Shown piece by piece: positions 19,035 through 27,987 of a stretch of 32,940 nt of DNA. The notes beneath the pieces were generated by a model that saw nothing but the letters and a program-made list of their open reading frames with translations, searched no databases and had not been told where the DNA came from. The stretch is from assembly GCA_030615855.1 (NCBI GenBank), contig JAUWYL010000014.1, positions 1-32,940 on the forward strand. The letters are read 5' to 3'. A program made the translations under genes and the position numbers. The stretch's first letter is position 1, and each line of letters begins with the position of its first letter. This DNA comes from a bacterium. GTDB taxonomy: Bacteria; UBP18; UBA7526.

Positions 19035-20189
19035 TTATTCAGAGACCTCTTTTAAGGTTTCAACGATGTATTCTATCTCTTCCCTCTTTAGTTCGGGATA
19101 GATGGGAAGAGAGATTACTTCTTTAGCGCATTCTTCTGCAACTGGGAAATCCCCTTTTTTATATCCTAAACGATGATATACTTTTTGGAGATGTAAAGGA
19201 AGAGGATAGTGAATGCCACAGAAAATACTTTTCCCCTGCAAGAATTTATAGATCTCGTTCCTTCTCTTTATTCTTATGACATAGAGGTGATAGACATGCC
19301 TGGCGTATTCTTCTTCATAAGGAGTGATGACATCGAAATCTTTTAACAACTCATTATAGATCAAGGCATTCTTTCTTCTCTTCTCGTTCCATTCATCGAG
19401 GTATTTGAGTTTTACTCTCAGGATAGCGGCCTGGAGGGCATCTAACCTATAATTATAACCAACCATGAGATGCTCATACTTTTCTCTCCTTCCATGATCC
19501 CGAAGCATTCTGATCTTATTAGTCATCTTCCCATCATTGGTGACCACCATTCCTCCATCCCCATAGGCTCCCAGATTCTTTCCGGGATAGAAGCTGAAGC
19601 ATCCAATATCTCCTATGGAGCCCACTCTCTTTCCTTTATACTTTGCTCCGTGTGCCTGACAGGCGTCCTCAATCACCTTGAGATTATACTTTTTGGCTAA
19701 TTTCAGAATAGGGTCCAAATCTGCTGGCTGGCCATAGAGATGGATGGGGATGATGGCTCTGATTAGTTGGTTGGTTTGTTTGTTGGTTGGTTGGTTAGTT
19801 TTGGAATTAACCTTACATCTCTTTTTAATGAATTCCCCGAGTTTTTGGACATCGATATTGTAGTCTCTGGGATTAATATCAATAAAGACTGGTTTCGCCC
19901 CAGAGTGGATAATGGTCTCGACCGTTGCCGTGAAGGTATAGGGGGTGGTGATGACCTCATCCCCTTCTCCAATCCCCAAAGATAATAGGGCGAGGTGGAG
20001 GGCAGAGGTCCCACTCGAGGTTCCTACTGCGTATTTCGTATTACAGAATTTAGCAAACTCTTCTTCAAATTTAGCGAGCTCTTCACCCAGAATAAAGGCC
20101 GTTGAATCCAAGACCCTATTTATTGCCCCCTGAATCTCATCCTTTATCTCCTCATACTGACTCTTCAGGTCTACTAAGGGAATCTTCAC
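19035..20189 (-). CDS. DegT/DnrJ/EryC1/StrS PLP-dependent sugar aminotransferase
   Basis: [55 protein letters not shown] start. Confidence 0.95.
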   Translation of the reverse strand: MKIPLVDLKSQYEEIKDEIQGAINRVLDSTAFILGEELAKFEEEFAKFCNTKYAVGTSSGTSALHLALLSLGIGEGDEVITTPYTFTATVETIIHSGAKPVFIDINPRDYNIDVQKLGEFIKKRCKVNSKTNQPTNKQTNQLIRAIIPIHLYGQPADLDPILKLAKKYNLKVIEDACQAHGAKYKGKRVGSIGDIGCFSFYPGKNLGAYGDGGMVVTNDGKMTNKIRMLRDHGRREKYEHLMVGYNYRLDALQAAILRVKLKYLDEWNEKRRKNALIYNELLKDFDVITPYEEEYARHVYHLYVIRIKRRNEIYKFLQGKSIFCGIHYPLPLHLQKVYHRLGYKKGDFPVAEECAKEVISLPIYPELKREEIEYIVETLKEVSE

Positions 20190-20296
20190 TCCGCACCTTC
20201 TCCGTATTCTATTATTTTTATTTAACTACTGTGTCAACCTCTATGTCCCCACACCCTCTTATCAAGAATATGATTGAATATAAAGAAGGTGCGGGG
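20189..20296. mobile_element. 108-bp miniature inverted-repeat element at the nadD/DegT junction
   Basis: CTCCGCACCTTCT...AGAAGGTGCGGGG ends; TTCA duplicated at 20185-20188 and 20297-20300. Confidence 0.85.
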
Positions 20297-20297
20297 T

Positions 20298-20879
20298 TCA
20301 TAGGTATAGCCGGTGCTGATAGATGTATCTCTCCACCTTCTCTGGGAGAAGATACTTTATGGTCTCGCCCCTTTTCAGGCGCTTCCTGATATCTGTGGAT
20401 GAGATGGCCAAGGCAGGAACCTCGATTAAGCGGGTATGCCTCTCATATCTCGGGGGTAGTTTTCTTAGTTTAAAGCCCGGTCGGGAAGCAGCGATAAACT
20501 CGCACAAAGTGGGTAATTCCTTGGCCTTCTTCCACTTGGGCATCTGAGCGATGGCATCCGCTCCCGTGATAAAGAAGAGTTTCGTCTCTTTCCCAAACTT
20601 TTTCTTAAATTCTTTCATGGTATCCCGGGTGTATGACTTTCCCCTTCTCTTAATCTCAATATTGGATACTGAAAAATAGCCATTATTCTCTATGGCTAAT
20701 TTTGCCATCTTGTAGCGATGAGAGGAAGAGATTAAGTCTCTTCTCCCTTTATAGGGAGTGCGATAGGAGGGAACGAAGATCACCTTGTCCAACTTGAACT
20801 TATCCCTCACTACTTCTGCGGTCACCAGGTGGCCGTAGTGGATGGGGTTAAAGGTCCCGCCCATGATCCCAATGCGCAT
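20298..20879 (-). CDS. nadD: Nicotinate-nucleotide adenylyltransferase
   Basis: GGTFNPIHYGH, SYT..T, FITGADA, ISSTDIR. Confidence 0.97.
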   Translation of the reverse strand: MRIGIMGGTFNPIHYGHLVTAEVVRDKFKLDKVIFVPSYRTPYKGRRDLISSSHRYKMAKLAIENNGYFSVSNIEIKRRGKSYTRDTMKEFKKKFGKETKLFFITGADAIAQMPKWKKAKELPTLCEFIAASRPGFKLRKLPPRYERHTRLIEVPALAISSTDIRKRLKRGETIKYLLPEKVERYIYQHRLYL

Positions 20880-20894
20880 ATTTCACCTGCCAAG

Positions 20895-20935
20895 TTCAGG
20901 ATATCGGGTAATCAGGATATCGGGTAATCGGGTTA
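20895..20935. repeat. 8-bp tandem repeat arm (ATCRGGnn) downstream of the four-helix-bundle gene
   Basis: TCAGGATA TCGGGTAA TCAGGATA TCGGGTAA TCGGGTT; inverted relative to 21335-21377. Confidence 0.8.
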
Positions 20936-20950
20936 AAAACATGTAATGTA

Positions 20951-21322
20951 TTAATCGTCGCTATCCCGTTTTCTACGAATATATTTGATGTAGGCGTTAA
21001 TTCCTTTTATTAACTCCTCATATTCGTTGACTAAACGATCGCTACGTTCCTTATCAATATATTTCTTCCCTTCAAGTTTCCTTAAATGGTTTTGGGTCTC
21101 ACCTGCCTCTCTGCGTGCTGTATACATCCCTTTCATCTTATTATTGTAATAATAACTGGTGTAACCTTCGGCAATGTTATCAGGAACTGAAGAAGACGAC
21201 CTTTCTATTTGACTCCGATCCCTAAAGCGCTCATCTGAAGGTAATGATTTAGCAATGGTGTGAACCTCGAGCATCAATTTATGCGCCTGTTGCCAGATTC
21301 TTAGTTTTTCAAACCCCGCCAT
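20951..21322 (-). CDS. Four helix bundle protein (TIGR02436 / 23S rRNA IVP-like family)
   Basis: FEKLRIWQQAHKL...LPSDERF...SQIERSSSSVPDNIAEGY...ARREAGET. Confidence 0.9.
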   Translation of the reverse strand: MAGFEKLRIWQQAHKLMLEVHTIAKSLPSDERFRDRSQIERSSSSVPDNIAEGYTSYYYNNKMKGMYTARREAGETQNHLRKLEGKKYIDKERSDRLVNEYEELIKGINAYIKYIRRKRDSDD

Positions 21323-21334
21323 TTCTTACCTGTT

Positions 21335-21377
21335 CTCCTGATAACCTGATCCCCTGATCTCCCGATAACCCGATCCT
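21335..21377. repeat. 8-bp tandem repeat arm (CCYGATnn) upstream of the four-helix-bundle gene
   Basis: CCTGATAA CCTGATCC CCTGATCT CCCGATAA CCCGATCC. Confidence 0.8.
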
Positions 21378-22636
21378 CATTCTCTAACCTGTCCCTTCCC
21401 GTAGACTAAGTACTTATAAGTGGTGAGTTCCTCTAGGCCCATGGGCCCTCGAGCATGGAGCTTCTGGGTAGAGATCCCAATCTCGGCTCCCAGACCAAAC
21501 TCCCCACCATCATTGAGCCTGGTTGAGGCATTGACGAAGACCGCACTGGCATCGACCTCTTTCAAGAACCTCTCTGCCGCTCTCTTATTTCTGGTAATTA
21601 TGGCCTCTGAGTGGCCTGAGCCATACCTTGAGATATGGTTTAAGGCCTCAGCGAGGCCTTTTACTACCTTGATGGACAGGACCAAGTTCAGGTACTCTGT
21701 CTGCCAATCGATTTCGTTTGCTCTTTTAATTTGAGAAATAATCCTTTTGGTCTTGGGACAACCCCTCACCTCCACTCCTGCTTCTTTTAGTCTTTCGATT
21801 ATTCGGGGTAGAAACTTCTTGGCGATATCTTTATGAACCAAGAGGGTCTCAAGAGCATTACATACCCCTGGCCTCTGAACCTTGGCATTATAGACTATTT
21901 CCTCCGCCATGTCCAGATTAGCATCCCGGTCCACATAGGTATGGCATAACCCCTTGGCATGGGCGATGACCGGGATAGTGGATTCCCTTCGCACCATCTG
22001 GATGAGACCCTCTCCTCCCCGGGGGATGACGAGATCGATGTAGTCATCCAGCCTCAGTAATTCCTTTACCGCCTTTCGAGAAGTGGTCCCGATTAGTTGA
22101 ATGGCGTTTTCAGGAAGGCCTTTAGTTCCGTTCAAAATTTTGGTGATAATAAGGTTAGAGTTCTGGGCCTCGCTTCCTCCCTTTAGAATGATGGCGTTCC
22201 CGCTCTTGAAGGCCAGGCCACTGGCTTCTACCGTGACATTTGGCCGGGCCTCATAGATCATGGCGATTACCCCGATGGGAACCCTCACCTTCTTTATTAC
22301 TAGGCCATTGGGTCTTCTGGTGGTTCTCATTATCCTTCCCACGGGATCGGGAAGGGAGGCGACCTCTCTCAGGGATTTTGCCATATTCCTGATGCGTAAG
22401 AGAGTCAGAGTGAGGCGATCTATCAGGGCCTTGCTTAGACCTTTCTTCTTAGCCAGTTTAATATCCCTTTCGTTTGCTCTTAAAATTTCTTTCTTCCTCT
22501 TAAGGATTCCCCTTGCCATATTCTTTAGGATGCTATTCTTGACAGGGGTGGAAAGTCTGGCCAATTCTTCCGAGGCCCTCTTGGCCCTCTTGGCCATTCT
22601 TATCATCTCATTCTTAATATCCACCTTAACACCCAT
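21377..22636 (-). CDS. proA: Gamma-glutamyl phosphate reductase
   Basis: PIGVIAMIYEARPNVT, IPRGGEGLI, RPGVCNALETLL, NASTRLNDGGEFGLGAEIGISTQKLHARGPMGL. Confidence 0.98.
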   Translation of the reverse strand: MGVKVDIKNEMIRMAKRAKRASEELARLSTPVKNSILKNMARGILKRKKEILRANERDIKLAKKKGLSKALIDRLTLTLLRIRNMAKSLREVASLPDPVGRIMRTTRRPNGLVIKKVRVPIGVIAMIYEARPNVTVEASGLAFKSGNAIILKGGSEAQNSNLIITKILNGTKGLPENAIQLIGTTSRKAVKELLRLDDYIDLVIPRGGEGLIQMVRRESTIPVIAHAKGLCHTYVDRDANLDMAEEIVYNAKVQRPGVCNALETLLVHKDIAKKFLPRIIERLKEAGVEVRGCPKTKRIISQIKRANEIDWQTEYLNLVLSIKVVKGLAEALNHISRYGSGHSEAIITRNKRAAERFLKEVDASAVFVNASTRLNDGGEFGLGAEIGISTQKLHARGPMGLEELTTYKYLVYGKGQVRE

Positions 22637-22641
22637 ATAAG

Positions 22642-22914
22642 AAGTAACCAGTAACCAGTTTACAGCAAAAAGTAGAAGGATACCAGAAGATCAGAATATC
22701 AGTAGGAAGGATACCAGTACATCAGGATATCAGGAAAAATCTATTAAAGCCTGATATTCTGGTACCCTGATACTCTACCTACTGATTTGCTGATACCCTG
22801 ATATGCGTTTCATCTTGTTTGTAATTTGTTATTTGGAATTTAAACATTCTGGTTACTGTTCGTCCGCCCCAGAGGGGCGAGACCTCGCCTTCGGCGGGCT
22901 GGTTACTGTAAACT
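22642..22914. repeat. Nested palindromic composite element, copy A (proB-proA gap)
   Basis: Outer CAGTAAC/GTTACTG arms, inner ATCAG/CTGAT arms, GC-rich hairpin; homologous to 25653-26054. Confidence 0.8.
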
Positions 22915-22936
22915 CTCTGCCTTGCCCTCTAACTTG

Positions 22937-24046
22937 TTAAAGGATGACCAGATTATCTCTATGGATGATTTCATCGTAGTCCTTATAGCCCAGGATCTTT
23001 CTTATCTCTTGGGTCTTCTTTCCCTTTATTTCATCAATTTCATTTGAAGAGTAAGAGACTATTCCCCGGGCAAACTCTTCATCTTCTTCATCGATAACGC
23101 TCACCCCGTCTCCTATAGAGAACCTACCCTCGACCTCTCTGATTCCAGAGGGAAGGAGACTTTTGCCTCTTTTAGAAATGGCCTCCTTGGCCCCCTCGTC
23201 TATCTTTATCTTCCCCCTGAGGACGACTCCAAAAGCGATCCATCTCTTCCGCGACTTGAGCCTTTCCTTAGGGAGGAATAGGGTTCCCAGGCGCTCCCCA
23301 GCTAGGAGCCGGGAGATCGCGTTCTTTATCCTTCCATCAGCGATGACCATGGCCACCCCAGAGGAGCGGGCAATCTTGGCCGCCCGGAGTTTAGTTACCA
23401 TCCCACCCGTTCCCCTCAGGGTTCCCGAGCCAGAGGCCATCCTTTCTAACTGAGGGGTAATCTGGGACACCTCTTCTATGAACCTAGCCCCTCCTCCCCT
23501 CTTAGGGTCCGTGGTATATAATCCCTTAGTATCTGTTAGGATAATTAGTAGATCGGCCTCTACCTTACTGGCTACCAAGGCGGAGAGGGTATCGTTATCT
23601 CCAAACTTTATCTCATCTACTGCTACGGTATCGTTCTCGTTGACGATGGGGATGGCCTTGTAATTCAAGAGGGTTAAAAGGGTATTTCGGGCATTGAGGT
23701 ATCTCTCTCTATTTTGAATATCCTCTGAGGTTAATAGAACCTGGGCCACGAGGCAGCCCCTCTTCTTGAAGAGCCTCTCGTATATCCCCATCAAGAGATT
23801 CTGGCCGATGGCTGCCGCGGCTTGCTTCTGAGGCATGGTGGTGAGTTTCCTCAGGTTCAGCCTCCCCATTCCGCTGGCAATGGCACCAGAGGTGACGAGG
23901 ATGATTTCTCTATTCTTCTTCTGTAAAGAGGCTAGTTGATCTACGATCCCCTCCATCCTCTTCAGGTTCAGTCTATTCTTTTCTGTTAAGAGGCTGGAAC
24001 CCACCTTAACCACGATGCGCTTTGCTTTTGAGAAGTCTCTTTCCAT
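22937..24046 (-). CDS. proB: Glutamate 5-kinase with PUA domain
   Basis: VVKVGSSLL, VTSGAIASG, NENDTVAVDEIKFGDNDTLSA, GTGGMVTK, SLLPSGI, IHRDNL. Confidence 0.98.
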   Translation of the reverse strand: MERDFSKAKRIVVKVGSSLLTEKNRLNLKRMEGIVDQLASLQKKNREIILVTSGAIASGMGRLNLRKLTTMPQKQAAAAIGQNLLMGIYERLFKKRGCLVAQVLLTSEDIQNRERYLNARNTLLTLLNYKAIPIVNENDTVAVDEIKFGDNDTLSALVASKVEADLLIILTDTKGLYTTDPKRGGGARFIEEVSQITPQLERMASGSGTLRGTGGMVTKLRAAKIARSSGVAMVIADGRIKNAISRLLAGERLGTLFLPKERLKSRKRWIAFGVVLRGKIKIDEGAKEAISKRGKSLLPSGIREVEGRFSIGDGVSVIDEEDEEFARGIVSYSSNEIDEIKGKKTQEIRKILGYKDYDEIIHRDNLVIL

Positions 24047-24083
24047 CTACTGCTCCCTTTGGTCGCAAGTAAGAAGGGAGATT

Positions 24084-24195
24084 GGGATGCGGGTGAGTTG
24101 TGGGTTATGAGTCGGGTTGTGCGGGTGAGGGTGAGTTTTAATTCCCCATCCTCACAACTCATCCCCGACCCACTACTCACAACCCATCCTCACCC
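24084..24195. repeat. Inverted arrays of degenerate 6-bp repeats (TGRGnn / nnCYCA) with no enclosed gene
   Basis: TGGGAT GCGGGT GAGTTG TGGGTT ATGAGT... then ...CCCATC CTCACA ACTCAT...CTCACC. Confidence 0.65.
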
Positions 24196-24280
24196 TTAAT
24201 CATTCCCTTACTTTTTACTTGGTGTTTGAATATTGGTGATTGTTTGGTAATTGTTTCTTGTATCTTGTTTTCGCGCTTGC

Positions 24281-25279
24281 TCACTTTCCCAGTATTTCCA
24301 GTCCTTCTGCTATTGCTTCCTTTAACTCTTCTGTTCCTTCTCCAGTTAAGGCGGAAATAGGATATACCTTATATCTCTGGTTTCTAAGCTCTTTTTGGAA
24401 CTGGGGGAAGTTCTCCCTGGCCTCCTTCAGATCCATCTTATTCGCCGCCACGATCTGAGGCCTCTCGAAGAGCAAGGGATCATGAGCTTTAAGCTCTTCA
24501 TTTATCGCCTGGAAGTTAAAGAGGGGAGGATTTTTTCCATAGCCAGTAAGATCGACAATGTGGATGAGGAGACTGGTTCTCTCTATGTGGCGCAGGAAGT
24601 CAACTCCCAGCCCCTTCCCTTTATGGGCCCCTTCAATGAGTCCTGGGATGTCAGCCAGGATGAATTCTCTTCCTTTAAAGGAGGCAACCCCCAGGTTGGG
24701 GGAGAGGGTGGTAAAGGGATAGGATGCGACCTTGGGCCGGGCACGGGTAAGAGAGGCCAAAAGGGTCGACTTCCCACTATTAGGGTAGCCGACCAATCCC
24801 ACATCTGCAATTAGTTTTAATTCTAATTCTAACTCCTTTTCCTCACCTGTCTGCCCTTCCTCGGCAAAGCGGGGGGCAGGGTCCCGAGAAGAAGCAAGGG
24901 AGGCATTTCCCTTTCCTCCCTTCCCTCCCTTAGTGATTAATATCTTCTGGCCCGGGTTTACCAGATCAGCGATGAGTTCTCTATTCTTTCTATTCCTTAT
25001 TACGGTTCCCGGGGGGACCCTAACGATTAAGTCCTCTCCCGCCTTTCCACTTTTTTTCTTTCCCTTACCATGGGCCCCGTTTCGTGCTCTATAGTGAGGA
25101 TGATAACGAAGGTCGATTAATGTCTTGAGCCTCTTATCTACCTCCAGGTAGATACTCCCTCCTCTTCCCCCATTTCCTCCATCCGGACCACCGCGGCGAT
25201 GTTTCTGGCGGGCAAAGGCGGTACAACCATTTCCTCCATTGCCTGCCCTAATAAAGATGTTTGCCCGATCAATGAACAT
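24281..25279 (-). CDS. obgE: GTPase ObgE/CgtA
   Basis: MFIDRA...GGPDGGNGGRGG, ADVGLVGYPNSGKSTL, YPFTTL.PNLG, DIPGLIEGA, NKMD. Confidence 0.97.
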   Translation of the reverse strand: MFIDRANIFIRAGNGGNGCTAFARQKHRRGGPDGGNGGRGGSIYLEVDKRLKTLIDLRYHPHYRARNGAHGKGKKKSGKAGEDLIVRVPPGTVIRNRKNRELIADLVNPGQKILITKGGKGGKGNASLASSRDPAPRFAEEGQTGEEKELELELKLIADVGLVGYPNSGKSTLLASLTRARPKVASYPFTTLSPNLGVASFKGREFILADIPGLIEGAHKGKGLGVDFLRHIERTSLLIHIVDLTGYGKNPPLFNFQAINEELKAHDPLLFERPQIVAANKMDLKEARENFPQFQKELRNQRYKVYPISALTGEGTEELKEAIAEGLEILGK

Positions 25280-25282
25280 GGT

Positions 25283-25358
25283 TCGGGATATCAGGTTATC
25301 GGGATATCAGGATATCTGAAGGTTCCCGATCACCCGATCCCCTGATTACCTGATCACC
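25283..25358. repeat. Empty inverted 8-bp repeat array of the same family as the arms flanking the gene at 20951-21322
   Basis: TCGGGATA TCAGGTTA TCGGGATA TCAGGATA...CCCGATCA CCCGATCC CCTGATTA CCTGATCA. Confidence 0.8.
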
Positions 25359-25363
25359 TACCT

Positions 25364-25630
25364 TTAGTGGGTCATCTTAAGAGAGGGATAGATAGAGACT
25401 CTCTTCCTCTCCCCGGCTCTCTCAAAGGAGACGAAACCATCTATCATGGCAAATAGGGTATCATCCCTTCCCAAGCCGACATTCAAACCCGGTCGAAATC
25501 TCGTCCCCCTCTGCCTGACAATGATGGCTCCTGCTCTTACCTTCTGGCCAGAGGAGGTCTTGATCCCCAATCTTTGGGAAGCGGAATCCCTTCCGTTCCT
25601 TGAGGAACCCATTCCCTTCTTATGTGCCAT
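25364..25630 (-). CDS. rpmA: 50S ribosomal protein L27
   Basis: [22 protein letters not shown]...IIVRQRGT...G.DDTLFA. Confidence 0.98.
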   Translation of the reverse strand: MAHKKGMGSSRNGRDSASQRLGIKTSSGQKVRAGAIIVRQRGTRFRPGLNVGLGRDDTLFAMIDGFVSFERAGERKRVSIYPSLKMTH

Positions 25631-25652
25631 AATTTCCTCCCTTATAGATTAG

Positions 25653-26054
25653 AAGTTTACAGTAACCAGTTTACAGTAAAATTACAAGCACCAAATTAGA
25701 TAAATCAAAAGCATACCAGGGTACCAGAATATCAGTGGGTAGAGTATCAGGGTACCCCCGAAGGAAAGCCTGTGGCTTCCAACGGGGCAGGCAGAATATC
25801 AGGCTTTAATAGATTTTTCCTGATATCCCGATAATCTGCATTCGGAGTATCGCGAAGAATTTAGCCAGCTTGTCTGGCGTCTATCCTTCCTACTGATGTT
25901 CTGATGTTCTGATTCGCTTATTGTTTTGGTCATTTGGTCATTGTATATTGTTTGTGATTTGTAATTTGTTATTTGGAATTTACTGTTCTGGTTACTGTTC
26001 GTCCGCCCCAGAGGGGCGAGACCTCGCCTTCGGTGGGCTGGTTACTGGTTACTT
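25653..26054. repeat. Nested palindromic composite element, copy B (rplU-rpmA gap)
   Basis: 25986-26047 matches 22847-22908 at 61/62 in direct orientation; 25792-25828 is the exact reverse complement of 22725-22761. Confidence 0.8.
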
Positions 26055-26107
26055 TATTACGTCTTGACCAGAACTTAGCCCTCAAAGTAACAAGGTTCTT
26101 GACGAAG

Positions 26108-26425
26108 TCAAGGCGTCCTTATAATTTCCTTGATGAGCAATGCAGTATATTCCTGGCGATGCCCGGCCTTTCTTCTGTATCCCTTCCTCTTCTTGAACTT
26201 ACCGATCACTATCTTCTTCTCCCTCCCCTGCTCCTTCACCTCTGCAATAACCTTTGCTCCAGAGAGAAGGGGCCTTCCCACCAGGACCTGATCCTCATCC
26301 TTGATCAGTAGGACTTCCTTTAGCTCTATCTTCTCTCTCACTTTGGAGTCTATTCTTTCTGTGCGGATAGTATCCCCGACCTCTATTTTATACTGCTTGC
26401 TTCCGCTTTGGATTATGGCGTACAT
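26108..26425 (-). CDS. rplU: 50S ribosomal protein L21
   Basis: MYAIIQSGSKQYKI...KFKKRKGYRRKAGHRQEYT; ATG at 26425 with GGAG upstream. Confidence 0.97.
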   Translation of the reverse strand: MYAIIQSGSKQYKIEVGDTIRTERIDSKVREKIELKEVLLIKDEDQVLVGRPLLSGAKVIAEVKEQGREKKIVIGKFKKRKGYRRKAGHRQEYTALLIKEIIRTP

Positions 26426-26542
26426 ATCGTTCTCCAATTACTCTATTTTATTTCAATAAAAGAGTCAACTTGTTTGGCTCATTTTAAGGTACCGAAATTT
26501 CAATAAAACAAGGTTCTTGTGAAGCGAGGTTTTTATTTGTTA

Positions 26543-26571
26543 AGTATATCATTAATTACGAGATTTGTCAA
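26543..26571 (-). promoter_or_regulatory. Sigma70-type promoter of rplU-rpmA-obgE
   Basis: TTGACA-17 bp-TATACT with extended -10 TG. Confidence 0.75.
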
Positions 26572-26617
26572 ATATTGTCTTGAGGTCCTTGCTAACTTCC
26601 CTCTTGTTGCCTGGGTC

Positions 26618-27670
26618 TTAAAACATAAATCTTCTCATTCTAATATTGAGCAAGAGGCCGATTGAGGCGAGGCTGGTTACTAAGTGGCTTCCCCCATAAC
26701 TTAAGAAAGGAAGGGGCAATCCCGTGGCAGGCAGGATTCCGGTTGCCATGGCGATATTGATGATGATCTGGCTGGCGAGGAGAATGGCCACCCCTGCTGC
26801 TAAGAGGGATCCCAATCTATCCTTAGCATGGAGGCTTATTTCAATGGCACGAATGATGAGAAAGAAGTAGATTCCCAAAAGGAGAAGGGAGCCCAGAAAG
26901 CCCCACTCCTCTGCAAAGGAGGAGAAGATGAAGTCGGTATGATGTCCGGGTAAAAAACTACTTTGGGTGCTATTTAGAAATCCTTTTCCCAGGAGCCGGC
27001 CAGAGCCGATGGCGATCTTAGACTGGATGACATTGTAGCCCGCACCCAGAGGATCCCGGGCGGGACTTAAGAAGGAGAGGATCCTCCTCTTCTGATAGTC
27101 ATGCAGGAAGAGCCAGACTAGGGGAGAAACAAGTAGGAAGGAACCGATTAAAAGGAGAAGATGCCTTATCCGGGCACCAGCGAGATAGACGAGAATGAAT
27201 CCCAAGGGCAGGAAGAGGAAGGCAGTTCCCAGGTCGGGCTGACTGGCTATTAAAAGAAGGGGTAGGACGACAATGATTAAAGGAATGAAGAGGTCTGTCT
27301 TCTCTTTTTGGCTTAGGTATCTGGCGAGAAGGAGAAGGGTTGCTACCTTGGAGACTTCTGAAGGCTGGAAGGTTAAGAAGCCAATGGAGAGCCAGCGCCT
27401 GGCACCCAATACTGAGTGGCCGAAGAAGAAGAGGAGCGAGAGAAGCGCCAAGCCTGCAAGATAAAGGAGAGGAGCCCATCTCGCCCACTTATGATAATCG
27501 ATGGAGAAGAGAATCATACAGGCAACCAGGCCCAGACCCAGAGAAGCAAACTGCTTCAGGTGATGGGGAGTGGCGGTACTATAGATGGTCAATATCCCGA
27601 TAAGGCAAAGGAGAAGGGTGATGGCGAGTAAGCCCCAGTCAAAGTTCTTGAAAAGCCTTCTATCGAACAT
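26618..27670 (-). CDS. rodA: Rod shape-determining protein RodA (SEDS)
   Basis: GARRWL, FQPSE, QPDLGTA, YQKRRI..FL.P..DPLGAGY, HTDFIFS, GLPLPFLSYGGS; follows mrdA. Confidence 0.96.
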   Translation of the reverse strand: MFDRRLFKNFDWGLLAITLLLCLIGILTIYSTATPHHLKQFASLGLGLVACMILFSIDYHKWARWAPLLYLAGLALLSLLFFFGHSVLGARRWLSIGFLTFQPSEVSKVATLLLLARYLSQKEKTDLFIPLIIVVLPLLLIASQPDLGTAFLFLPLGFILVYLAGARIRHLLLLIGSFLLVSPLVWLFLHDYQKRRILSFLSPARDPLGAGYNVIQSKIAIGSGRLLGKGFLNSTQSSFLPGHHTDFIFSSFAEEWGFLGSLLLLGIYFFLIIRAIEISLHAKDRLGSLLAAGVAILLASQIIINIAMATGILPATGLPLPFLSYGGSHLVTSLASIGLLLNIRMRRFMF

Positions 27671-27987
27671 CGCCCACCTCCGGTGGGAGTTGACAAGTTA
27701 ATAAGTTAATAAGTTAATGCGGTAATGCGAAATGCGTTAATGCGAAAAAAAGTTAACACATTAATGCGAAAATAAGAACCTTTCGCTTTGCTCAAGAACC
27801 TTGTTTTCTCGCTTTGCTCGAAAATACGGGAATAAGTGATTAAAACATCCAACCATCCAACCATCAAACTATTCACCTAATCCAACCAATCCACCTATTC
27901 CACCCAACTTACTATCCATTTTCTCACCTGCTCACTTTCCCACTTTCTCACTTTCCCTCCGGGGCAGAGCCCCTCTGGGGCGGAGCC
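27671..27987. repeat. Mosaic of short tandem repeats and hairpins (mrdA-rodA gap)
   Basis: AGTTAATA x3-4, TAATGCG x4, CCAACCAT-like x5, CTCACTTT x4, a CAAGAACCTTGTT hairpin, and GCCCCTCTGGGGCGGA (reverse complement of the hairpin start at 22863/26002). Confidence 0.7.

Noticed and set aside
20951-21322. Avd of a diversity-generating retroelement, or a 23S rRNA intervening sequence
   Set aside because: No reverse transcriptase, no TR/VR pair with adenine-specific mismatches, and no rRNA in the window.
25631-26107. Missing Prp protease gene between rplU and rpmA
   Set aside because: L27 begins MAHKK without an N-terminal extension, so Prp is not expected; the gap is filled by repeats.
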